IMG/VR virus record: IMGVR_UViG_3300031992_000080
Coordinates: 12,110 to 76,109 of that record
Strand: one strand, 5' to 3'
DNA length: 64,000 nt
DNA from: a virus
Lineage: Duplodnaviria; Caudoviricetes
Position numbers and translations under genes: made by a program. Below are positions 7,550 through 15,802 of the stretch, piece by piece. The notes under the pieces were generated by a model. It had not been told where the DNA came from. It did not search any database and worked only from the letters and a program-made list of their open reading frames with translations. Position 1 is the stretch's first letter. Each line of letters opens with the position of its first letter.

Positions 7550-9067
7550 CTAGGCGGCAAGGCTCCTTTCCAGTTGCTTGCGGTGTTTGCGGAACAGTTC
7601 GGCAAGTCTCTGCGCAACTTCGCGCGCGTCTGCGGGCGGCGTTGTGTTCTTTCGGGCGTAGCATTGCTTCACCTTCCATCCGTCCCCGATCTCAATGTCC
7701 ACTCGCCCTTCGTCCTTGCCAGCAAGGGCGAGACACACGCAGTTTTGCGCGGCCATGTTCGCGGAGTAGGATCCGCCGCCAATGCAGTTGCCCATGTTGT
7801 TTCCTTCGCGCAAGAATTCATCCTGCGAGGTGAGCCAGACGATCTGCCAGTCTCCGAGATTGAGCTTATTTTCGTTCTTCTGGACAAGCGCGCGAAGCTT
7901 CTCCACGAATTCCGCGATCAGCGCGTCCCGCTCCGCTTGCGTCCGCGCGTAGATTGCGCGTTGCTTTTCAAGCTCCTTCTCCCTGCGCGCGTTCGCACGC
8001 GCCCATTCGCGCTCCCGCCGCCGCATTTCGCGCATCTGCTTCTTGTGGCGAATGCGTTCCGCTTTCTTGCGCGCTTCGTAGAACGCGGCGAAGTCGGTCG
8101 GGTAGGCGGTGCAACGGGCGCGCAGGTCAAGCCCTTCAAGCTTCGCGTTCGTCATGGCTTCGCAATAGCGCCCCGCGTCAATGCCGTGCTTCACGCAGTA
8201 GGCGTAGGCGGCGCGGATCGGGATTTCGGTCGGGCGAGACTGCCGGACGGCGGAGAAGAACACGCGCGGCGCGTTCCTTGCGCGTTCGCGCTCCTCCACA
8301 TCCGCAAGGGTGCGCTTCCCGCTCCGGCTCATCCACACTAGATCGTTCCAGTTGTAGCGCGTGGCGAGTCCGGGATTCTGGATCAGCAGTTTCATCAGCA
8401 CCTTGTTGCGGGCGAGTTCCGCACATTTCTTCGGGTTGCGGACGGGAGAAAAGCGGTAGGCGTTGAAGAGTCCGGCCTTGACAAGAAGCTCGGTCTTCGG
8501 GTCTTTGGCGTAGGCGTAGAGGATTTCCGCCAGTTGCTTTGCGTAGTTCGGGCAGTAGTTAGGCCAATGCTCCGTTGCGAGGAGCGCGGGATCATCTGCC
8601 GCAAGCGGCTTCCACCCGCAGTAGCGGTAGCGGGAGCGGGCGAGGAGGTCTGCGCGGGCGAGGCAGTCGGACGGCAAGGCCATCGTCACGCCGTTCCAAT
8701 CAAACCAGTTGTCCTCATCATCTTCGCGCCACGCCTGGTGGCAATAGTAGCCGGAGCAAGTCTGGTAGATGTTGTGCTTCGTGTTGTAGGCAACATTCCA
8801 GTCCACACACCAACCCGCAATCCCCTTCCAGTTGAGATCGTGGATGTAGATTCTGCCCTTCGCCGGGTTGAATTCGGCAATGGGCTTGACCTCCTTCTCT
8901 CCCCTGCGGCTTGCGACCGTGACGAGTTCCAGTCCGTCACGCCCCACCTTGCGGAAAAGGGTTGTGAAGATCGTTGTCCTGCTTTTGTCGGGAATCTTGA
9001 CTTTCTCCCGATATTCGCGCGCCGCTTTCGTGACGGCGCGCAGTTCGGTCTTGTTGAGTTTCTTCAT
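7550..9067 (-). CDS. PcfJ-like domain protein
   Basis: C-terminal FLREGNNMGNCIGGGSY...IEI...KVKQCYARKN matches the PcfJ pattern (EG..M.HCV..Y...Q..G..N); follows a PcfK-like gene. Confidence 0.7.
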   Translation of the reverse strand: MKKLNKTELRAVTKAAREYREKVKIPDKSRTTIFTTLFRKVGRDGLELVTVASRRGEKEVKPIAEFNPAKGRIYIHDLNWKGIAGWCVDWNVAYNTKHNIYQTCSGYYCHQAWREDDEDNWFDWNGVTMALPSDCLARADLLARSRYRYCGWKPLAADDPALLATEHWPNYCPNYAKQLAEILYAYAKDPKTELLVKAGLFNAYRFSPVRNPKKCAELARNKVLMKLLIQNPGLATRYNWNDLVWMSRSGKRTLADVEERERARNAPRVFFSAVRQSRPTEIPIRAAYAYCVKHGIDAGRYCEAMTNAKLEGLDLRARCTAYPTDFAAFYEARKKAERIRHKKQMREMRRREREWARANARREKELEKQRAIYARTQAERDALIAEFVEKLRALVQKNENKLNLGDWQIVWLTSQDEFLREGNNMGNCIGGGSYSANMAAQNCVCLALAGKDEGRVDIEIGDGWKVKQCYARKNTTPPADAREVAQRLAELFRKHRKQLERSLAA

Positions 9068-9077
9068 GTCGCACCTC

Positions 9078-10079
9078 CTAGAAATCAAAGAGGGTCATCT
9101 GCGGGTCGGGCTTCTTCGGCGCGGGCTTCGGGATCACGGGCGGTTTGTAGTTGCCGGACGGCGGTGTGTAGGGCTTGGGCTTCGGCGTCGGCTTCCACTC
9201 GCAGTTGAGAGAGTCCTCCTCAAAGTAGTGCATGAGTTCGCAGAAAACATCCTCGTCCTCCGCGAAGTATCCGCGCGCGCCCTTCTCGGCTTTTTTCTGC
9301 GCCCATTCGTAGAGGTGATTCGCCGCGCCTTGCAGTGTTTTCTTTCCCTCTATCTTCGCGCGGAGTTCTGGGCTTGCGTTCTTGTCAAAGTAGGCTTTCA
9401 GCCGCTCTTCCATGTGGTTCGTGGCTTTCCACTCCCACTTCGGCGGCTTCTCCTCCTCCGGCTTGTCGGCGGGCTTCTCGTCCGTCTTGTCCTCGCCGTC
9501 CTTGTTGTCCTCCGGCTCGGCGGGATCGGGCGGCGTGTTCTCGCCGTCCGGCTTCTCGGCGGTCTTCTCTTCGCCGCCGAAAACGGACGGGAGGTTTCTC
9601 TGCAACGCCGTGTCAAGAGAGATGTCTCCCCGCTCGTCATTGGTCAGCGGACGGATTGCGACTTCGCCGGAGTCAAGGATCGTCACTTTGTCCTCGCCGT
9701 CCGTGCAGTAGTCCCGCTCGTTCTCGTCATCGTAGACTCGCCATCCGTGCGACTCCGCGACCTCCATCCAGTTGCTCGGCGTGTCCCCGCTCTCGTTGAG
9801 CCAGTCCGCAAAATCCTGCAAGGTCTTGATCTCCGGCGCGGTCTTGTTGTCGGTCTGCGGCGCGTTCTGCGCTTCGGGCGCGGGCGCGGTATGCTCCGGC
9901 TCGGCGGCGGGTTTGGCGGGCGCGGGTTCGTCCGGCTTCTCGTCCGGCTTCGGCGCGTCCGTGGTCTGCGGCGCGGGCTTCATCTGCGCCATCATCTGCG
10001 AGACTGCGGCGAGTTTCGCCGCCATCTCTTGTTTCATGCGCTCAAGCTCCGCAAGCGCGTTCTGTGCTTCTTCGTTCAT
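9078..10079 (-). CDS. PcfK-like / AcrIIA9-family domain protein with long acidic N-terminal extension
   Basis: KKTLQGAANHLYEWAQKKAEKGARGYFAEDEDVFCELMHYFEE; ends QMTLFDF; adjacent to PcfJ. Confidence 0.6.
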   Translation of the reverse strand: MNEEAQNALAELERMKQEMAAKLAAVSQMMAQMKPAPQTTDAPKPDEKPDEPAPAKPAAEPEHTAPAPEAQNAPQTDNKTAPEIKTLQDFADWLNESGDTPSNWMEVAESHGWRVYDDENERDYCTDGEDKVTILDSGEVAIRPLTNDERGDISLDTALQRNLPSVFGGEEKTAEKPDGENTPPDPAEPEDNKDGEDKTDEKPADKPEEEKPPKWEWKATNHMEERLKAYFDKNASPELRAKIEGKKTLQGAANHLYEWAQKKAEKGARGYFAEDEDVFCELMHYFEEDSLNCEWKPTPKPKPYTPPSGNYKPPVIPKPAPKKPDPQMTLFDF

Positions 10080-10202
10080 GGGGTTTTGCCCTTGTTGTTG
10101 TTCTTGTTGTGTGGCTTGCCATCATCGGCGCGCGGGTTGCCGTCCCTGCGCGGACACGCGCCCCGCCGGAAAGGACGGCGGCGGGGGCGTGTTTCGGCTT
10201 GT

Positions 10203-10976
10203 CTACTTCGCCGCCCCGCCCTCCTTCTTCTCGCCGTTGTTGCGGATCGCGTCTTGGATCGTCTGCGGCGCGCCCTTCGGCGTGTGCGCGCCGGAAATGA
10301 TCTGGAAGATGCCGTCGCGCTCCTCGGTGCGCGTCTCCTCCATCTCCATCAACTCCCCGCCGTTGGCTGTGAGCTTCGCCGCGTCCTCGTCCCCCATCGT
10401 CATGCACTCAACGATGGCGGCGAGACTGGCGCGCGTCCATTGCTCTGCGATTACGCCGACGAGCGCAAGGTCGGGAATGCTCGTTGTCTCGCCATCCGCG
10501 TTGTGTCCGGCGAACACCGCCGCGCCCGCAATCAGCCGTTCGCGTCCGGCGTTGAGGAAAAGCGCAGTTCCGGCGGGGTTGACTCCAGAAACATCCCAGA
10601 ATGCGTCCGCAATCCACATATCGCAACCGCGCCCGATGTCAACGCGATCAATCATCGCGCCGATATGTCCGCGCAAGTGTTCGTAGGTCTGCCCGCGCGA
10701 GACTGCCCACAACTCCAAGCGCGTCTCCGCGTCTCCGTCCTTGTTCTCCGTGAACGGAAACGCGGTGAGGAGCAGGGCTTTCTCGTTGTCTTCCGTCCGC
10801 AGGGGATGCCCCTGCGCGAAAGTCCATGCGATTGCGGTCTTGAAAAAGTCCTTGCCGACAAGCCGCGCTTGGATTGCGCGGCAACGCGGATCGTGCGCGT
10901 CCGGGTTTTGAAGAATTTCGGAGGTGTAGATTTCGCGCCGGAGCAAGCGCGGCGCGTTGTTGTTGTTGTTTTTCAT
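10203..10976 (-). CDS. DUF3846-like domain protein
   Basis: LRGHIGAMIDRVDI...VNPAGTAL...IAGAAVFAGHNADGETTSIPD resembles DUF3846. Confidence 0.5.
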   Translation of the reverse strand: MKNNNNNAPRLLRREIYTSEILQNPDAHDPRCRAIQARLVGKDFFKTAIAWTFAQGHPLRTEDNEKALLLTAFPFTENKDGDAETRLELWAVSRGQTYEHLRGHIGAMIDRVDIGRGCDMWIADAFWDVSGVNPAGTALFLNAGRERLIAGAAVFAGHNADGETTSIPDLALVGVIAEQWTRASLAAIVECMTMGDEDAAKLTANGGELMEMEETRTEERDGIFQIISGAHTPKGAPQTIQDAIRNNGEKKEGGAAK

Positions 10977-11059
10977 GGCGTTTTGCCTTTCGGGGTTGGG
11001 GTTTCGTGAAAATGGTGGGATTGCGGTATTGCGGCACATGGCTTGCAGGCTCCTTGTTG

Positions 11060-11140
11060 CTAGTTGTTGATCCCTGCGGCGGCGGCGTGTAGAATCACGG
11101 CGGCGGCGGTGTAGATTGCGGCGAGAATCGCGGCTTTCAT
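11060..11140 (-). CDS. 26-aa hydrophobic peptide
   Basis: MKAAILAAIYTAAAVILHAAAAGINN; AC-rich leader; fills an intergenic gap. Confidence 0.4.
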   Translation of the reverse strand: MKAAILAAIYTAAAVILHAAAAGINN

Positions 11141-11164
11141 TGTGTTGTTCGTGTTGGTTTCCGG

Positions 11165-11944
11165 TTAGTCCGCATAGTCCTCTGTGTAGGTCTGCGCGGG
11201 GTTGTAGATGTTCGTGCGGTCGGCGTAGTGGCTCGGCTTGGTGCGGAAATATCCGCTTTCGTCCGGGCGGCGCGTGATCGGCTTCGCGCCCGCTTTGATT
11301 CGGTATCCGAACGGGCTAGACGGATCGGGAATCGGGCGGACGCGCGCTTGCATGAATCCGCATTCTTCGCCCGTCTTTTCTAGCTCAATCAGAGAAAGGC
11401 TCTTGCCCGTATCCTTCAAAACGCCGTAGAAGTCATAAAAAGTCATGGAATAATGGAAGTGCGAAACAATCACTTTGCCCGCAAGGCTCTTCGCCTTGTT
11501 GCCGTCCGTCTCCGGCGGCTCTGGCGGCGTGTTCTTCGGCTCGGTGGCGCGCTCGTCCTTGTTGCGTTCTGGCGCGGGATCGTGCGGCGGCGTGTTCTCC
11601 GGCTTCCCTTCGCGTGCGTCCGGCGTGTCTGTAAATAAGTCCATTTGCCCGGCGCGCGGAAAAATCTCGGTCTGCCAAGTGCAAGGCGCGAATCCCGCGC
11701 GCGTCTGGCGCGCGAGACTGCCGCTTGCGATTGCGGCGCGCAAGTAGTCAGCTTGTGCGTCCGTGAATTCCGGCGCGCGGTGCGTCTGCGCGTGCTTATC
11801 TGGCATGGGGTTGCCGAAAAGATCAACGGCGGCGGCGGGCGTGGTGTGCGCGCTCGTCGGCGTTGTCGCAATGGCGGCTTGGATTGCGGCGGGGTTCAAG
11901 GCGGCGGCTATTGCGGCGGCAATGGCGGCTTGCGTGGTCTGCAT
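11165..11944 (-). CDS. Hypothetical early protein (QMDLF motif, C-terminal beta domain)
   Basis: 259-aa ORF with AAGGA RBS. Confidence 0.6.
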   Translation of the reverse strand: MQTTQAAIAAAIAAALNPAAIQAAIATTPTSAHTTPAAAVDLFGNPMPDKHAQTHRAPEFTDAQADYLRAAIASGSLARQTRAGFAPCTWQTEIFPRAGQMDLFTDTPDAREGKPENTPPHDPAPERNKDERATEPKNTPPEPPETDGNKAKSLAGKVIVSHFHYSMTFYDFYGVLKDTGKSLSLIELEKTGEECGFMQARVRPIPDPSSPFGYRIKAGAKPITRRPDESGYFRTKPSHYADRTNIYNPAQTYTEDYAD

Positions 11945-11964
11945 GGCGGGCGTTCCTTTCCGGG

Positions 11965-12387
11965 CTAGGCGGTGGCTCCGTCCGTGAAGCGGAGAATGTC
12001 GGCGGCGCGCTCGTCAAGTCTCGCGGCGCGGTTCACTTTGTCTGCGGCGTTCTGCGCGTCTGTGCATTCCGCCAAAACGAAAGCACCGGGCGCGGGGGCG
12101 GTGTTGTATCCCGTCCGGTCGCGGTCAATGATGAGATACACGGCGAAACGCGCGCCGGAATCGGGCGCGGTGTGCTCTGGCTCAATGGTGGCGGTTGTCC
12201 GCGTGCCGTCCGTGTGGTAGTCCCGGAATCCGGCAAGGTCGGCGGCGAGTTCGTCCGGCGTGGCGGCGGCGAGTTCGCGCGCGTATTGCGTGGCAATCTC
12301 CTCGCAAAACTGCGCGCGGGCGGCGCGGCGTTTCGTCTCCGGCGAGACTGCGGCGGGCGTGGGCGTGGGCGTGGCGGTGGTGTTCAT
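11965..12387 (-). CDS. Hypothetical early protein
   Basis: 140-aa ORF with AAGG RBS. Confidence 0.55.
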   Translation of the reverse strand: MNTTATPTPTPAAVSPETKRRAARAQFCEEIATQYARELAAATPDELAADLAGFRDYHTDGTRTTATIEPEHTAPDSGARFAVYLIIDRDRTGYNTAPAPGAFVLAECTDAQNAADKVNRAARLDERAADILRFTDGATA

Positions 12388-12418
12388 GGTTTTTTGCCTT
12401 TCGTGTTGTTCTGGTGGA

Positions 12419-13276
12419 TCAAGCGGCGGTTGCGTGGCGGATGATTCTGGAAATTCCGGATATGATTTCCGCTTGCATTTCGCGCGGGCTTGCGGTAAAT
12501 GGAATGTAGATCGTTTGTGCGGGGTCTAGTCCAAGTGCCGCGCAAGCGGCGGTTGCCCCGATTGCATGGCAACGCCCGCTTGCGCTGTCAAAGTCCGAAC
12601 CAGTCACGGCGTGAAGGTCTTGCAAGTCCATGTGTCCAATCCTGCGGGTCACTTCGGGGCGGGTTGCATACCATACGGCGGAGAGGTCTAGCGGTTCGCC
12701 GTGGCGTTTGGCGGGATAGTAGCTTGCAACTTCGCGGCAAGGGCGGCGGGTTTCAACGGCGTTCTCAATCCATAGGGCGGTAGAATATCCTCGGCGCTCA
12801 AGCGCCGAAACGGCGGCGGCGGCTGTCGCGCCCCGCTTCTCAAAATCAGTTAGCGGGGCGGTGCATGGGAGACAAGCGGCGAAGATGATAGTTGCAAGTT
12901 TCGCGGGGCGTGGTTGGCGGCGGCGACGCGTAAAAAAGCGCGCGTCTCCGTTTCCCGTCATAAAGTCCAGTAGGCGGGCGGGGTCTAGTGTCTCTCCGTC
13001 CTCGGCGTGTTGCCACTTCGCGCGCGTGTCCGTTCCGGTGATACCGTCTTCAATCTGGGCGGCAATCGTTTCGGCAAGGCGCGGGATTTTCGCGCTTGGC
13101 TCGTCCGTGGCGAGTGCGGGCACGGCGGCGGCAAGGGTATTTCCGTAGAAATTGCCCCTGCGGTTGCCTAGCTCGGCGGCATAGCGGGAAATTTGGCTTG
13201 TTCCGCGCGCCTTGTCAAGCGCGTTTTGGACGAAATCGGCGGTTGCCGGGAAAATCCGTGTGAATGGTTCGGGCAT
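12419..13276 (-). CDS. VWA/CobT-like partner of MoxR AAA ATPase
   Basis: DGETLDPARLL...ATIIFAAC...AVSALERRGYST...KRHGEPLDL...RRIGH pattern; directly follows the AAA gene. Confidence 0.5.
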   Translation of the reverse strand: MPEPFTRIFPATADFVQNALDKARGTSQISRYAAELGNRRGNFYGNTLAAAVPALATDEPSAKIPRLAETIAAQIEDGITGTDTRAKWQHAEDGETLDPARLLDFMTGNGDARFFTRRRRQPRPAKLATIIFAACLPCTAPLTDFEKRGATAAAAVSALERRGYSTALWIENAVETRRPCREVASYYPAKRHGEPLDLSAVWYATRPEVTRRIGHMDLQDLHAVTGSDFDSASGRCHAIGATAACAALGLDPAQTIYIPFTASPREMQAEIISGISRIIRHATAA

Positions 13277-13292
13277 GGCGTTTTCTCCTATC

Positions 13293-14426
13293 CTAGCGGG
13301 TCGCGGCGATAAATTCCTTGCGCTTCTGTTCTGGCATTCCTTCGGAAAAATCGTCCAGAATTGCGCGCGCGGTCTTGAAAAGTCCGGCGGCGGCAAGCTT
13401 TGAATAGTCAATAACCGTCCGGGTTGAAAAGAAAGTGCGGGTTATGTGGCGCGTTTCAACGGCGCGGCGCGCGGTGTCTCGCGCGTCAATAACGGCGGCG
13501 GCTTTCGCTTCGTCTGCCGTGATGGCGAGCGCAAGGCGCTTTTCAAGTTCGGTATCGTAGTTGACTGGAAGATAGCGGAAGCGGTTTAAACTGGCGGAGT
13601 CAAGGGCCGTCCTGCCTGTGTAGTCCTGTGTGGCTCCGTGCCCGGTGGTGTTTCCTGCGGCGAGAATGTAGGCCTGCGGATTCTTCTTGATCCTGCCTAG
13701 GATCGGAAAGGAAAGCTCGCCGTTGGCAATTGCCGAATTGACGACAATTGCCGTTTGCGGATCGGCGGCGTCCAGTTCGTCAAATAGGAAAACTCCGCCA
13801 TTGCGATAAATGCGCGTGAATTCGCTTTCGTGGAACGAAAACGCAAGTTGCCCGTTCTCGGCGGGCTCTGGAATGAGTTTCCCGAAAATGTCGCTTGCGG
13901 AAACTTCGCCGGAAACGGAGAGACTTCCAAAACGCGCGCTTTCGTCCATGTCCGGGAAAAGGACGGCGGCGGCTTGGCGCGCAAGGTAGGTTTTTCCGCT
14001 CCCTGTCGGGCCGTAAAGGTAGCAGTTGACTCCGCAACGGATCCGCGCCAAAAGCTCGTTCAATGCGGGGTGCGCGGCTTCCCCTTCGGGAAGGGTGATT
14101 TCCTTCGGGATTTCGGGAAGGTGGAAATGCGTGATGTTCGGCGCGTGGGCGTTGGCGGCGGCTTCGGCGGCGGCGCGCGCGGCCTCGGCGGCTTCGTCCT
14201 TCGCCGTCTGGATTTCGGCGCGCAATGCGTCAATTTGCGGCGCAAGGGCGGCGGCGGCGCCGTTGGCAATGGCGGCAACGGCTCCGGCGGCGGCGGCAAG
14301 GGTCGCGGCGGGATCGGCGGGCGGGGTCTGCATGGTCTGCGGCGGGGTCTGCTTCGGGGCGGTGTCTCCGCCGAAAAGATTGCCCTGGCGCGCGGCTTCG
14401 GTAAGTTCTGCAATGGTGGTGTTCAT
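13293..14426 (-). CDS. MoxR/CbbQ-like AAA+ ATPase
   Basis: Walker A GPTGSGKT, Walker B FLFDELD, AAGNT sensor, LDSASLNRF arginine finger. Confidence 0.8.
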   Translation of the reverse strand: MNTTIAELTEAARQGNLFGGDTAPKQTPPQTMQTPPADPAATLAAAAGAVAAIANGAAAALAPQIDALRAEIQTAKDEAAEAARAAAEAAANAHAPNITHFHLPEIPKEITLPEGEAAHPALNELLARIRCGVNCYLYGPTGSGKTYLARQAAAVLFPDMDESARFGSLSVSGEVSASDIFGKLIPEPAENGQLAFSFHESEFTRIYRNGGVFLFDELDAADPQTAIVVNSAIANGELSFPILGRIKKNPQAYILAAGNTTGHGATQDYTGRTALDSASLNRFRYLPVNYDTELEKRLALAITADEAKAAAVIDARDTARRAVETRHITRTFFSTRTVIDYSKLAAAGLFKTARAILDDFSEGMPEQKRKEFIAATR

Positions 14427-14452
14427 GGTGTCGGGGGTGGTTGGTTGGGTGG

Positions 14453-14815
14453 TTAGGCAATCTCCATTTGTTCGGGAGCGATCCTTGCTAGAAAGCGCGT
14501 CCACGCGCAAGCGGCCGGGAATCGTCCGGCGGCGTGGGCAAGGGGGTTTGATTCGGCACGCGCGCAAGCCGCGCGCAATGCGTCAAGCCGTCCCCTTTGC
14601 ATTGCGTCTTTAATTTCGTCAACTTCGCGGACAAGGGCGGCGCGCGCGGCGTTCGGGCGCGGCACGGAAAAAGCGGCGTTCTCGCAAGCGCGCGCCGCTT
14701 CCCGGTAGATCGCAAAAACATAGTAGGCGCGAGAGATTCGCGCGGGGGTGGCTGTCTGCACAAGCCGCTTTTTATGTTCGCGGCGCGCGGCGTTCGGGCG
14801 GGGGGTGGCGTTCAT
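14453..14815 (-). CDS. Hypothetical protein, first gene of the early operon
   Basis: AAGG RBS just downstream of a strong promoter. Confidence 0.55.
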   Translation of the reverse strand: MNATPRPNAARREHKKRLVQTATPARISRAYYVFAIYREAARACENAAFSVPRPNAARAALVREVDEIKDAMQRGRLDALRAACARAESNPLAHAAGRFPAACAWTRFLARIAPEQMEIA

Positions 14816-14847
14816 GGTTGGTGCCTTTCGTGGTCTTGCGGGGCGGT

Positions 14848-14876
14848 AGTCTAGCATAGTCCGCTTTTTATGTCAA
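14848..14876 (-). promoter_or_regulatory. Strong early sigma70 promoter
   Basis: TTGACA-N17-TAGACT, extended -10 TGn, A-tracts upstream (UP-like). Confidence 0.7.
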
Positions 14877-15237
14877 GCGTTTTTTTATGTCTTTTTTTCT
14901 GCGTTGTTCTTTCTTGCGAAACGCCCCTTGTAGAGACTCTTTTCGTAAAATGCCGTTTTCCATTTTAGCCTTTATTCATGGGCTTTTCATGCGTTCTCGC
15001 CTTGCGTTTTCGCGCGTCTCAATCATGCGCGTTTTTCGTAGTTCTAGGCGTGTCTAACAATCGGCTTTTTAGCTTCGTCTAACATAGCTAAATCCCGCTA
15101 AATAGTAAATCTGTCTTTACAATTGTTTGGCGCGTCTAAAGCATGGTCTGGCGGGGTTCGTCCGGCGGGGTCTGCTGGCGTTCCGGCGGGGCGGTTCTCT
15201 CGCTCGTTCGTCCAGCGTTCTCCCCTCCCCTCGCGCC

Positions 15238-15420
15238 GGGGAAGGTGGGAGCGGGGAAGGGGGTAGGGGGTAGGGGCGGGGGGTGGATGGGGGTAGGTAG
15301 CAGGGCAACGGCAACGGATCGGAGTAGGCGTGTAGGTAGGTAGGTAGGTAGGGCGGTAGCAGGGTAGCAGGTGGCGCGCGCGGGGACGGCAACGGCTGGA
15401 TCGGGGCGGGGAGATGGGGC
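15238..15420 (+). repeat. G-rich / (GGTA)n low-complexity tract
   Basis: GGGGGTAGGGGGTAGGGGCGGGGGG at about 15259-15283 and GTAGGTAGGTAGGTAGGTAGG at about 15332-15352. Confidence 0.7.
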
Positions 15421-15773
15421 AAGGCTCGTCAAGGCGCGGCAAGGCTCGTCCGGGCTTCATGCGGGTTTCTGTCTAGCGGTCTGGAAGGGCGGCGGGTAGT
15501 CTGGCGGGATTGGGGGGAGGGCCGCGCGCGGTGCGGTGTGTTGGCGTTTTTCGGGGCGCGGGTCTATGTCGCATAATCCCGCATTCCGGCGCTTATAAAC
15601 TCGCCATGCGTGCGGCGGATTGCGGGCGGGCGGGCGTCCGGTGGGACTGTTGCGGGCCGTCTGGGTATCCGTCCGGCCTGCCCCGTCGGGCCGTCGGGGC
15701 CGTCCGGCGGGGGTTGTTGCGGCGTTTTTAAGCCGTTTTTCGGCAAAAAACACGCCCCGCAAAATTATAAGTA

Positions 15774-15802
15774 TTGATTTTTCAATATGTTATGCGGATA
15801 AT
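15774..15802 (+). promoter_or_regulatory. Candidate late promoter overlapping an inverted repeat
   Basis: TTGATT-N17-GATAAT; ATTGA-TTTT-TCAAT palindrome over the -35. Confidence 0.45.

Noticed and set aside
5695-11009. Long plus-strand ORFs 5695-7296 and 8868-11009
   Set aside because: They span several well-formed minus-strand genes with clear RBSs; shadow ORFs.
12473-12501. Antisense promoter TTGCAT-N17-TAAATG inside the VWA-like gene
   Set aside because: The -10 lacks the conserved final T and lies in coding sequence; could be chance.
15238-15460. Possible CRISPR array or Pro-rich ORFs in the G-rich tract
   Set aside because: No constant repeat with unique spacers; the predicted ORFs are low-complexity translations of the tract.
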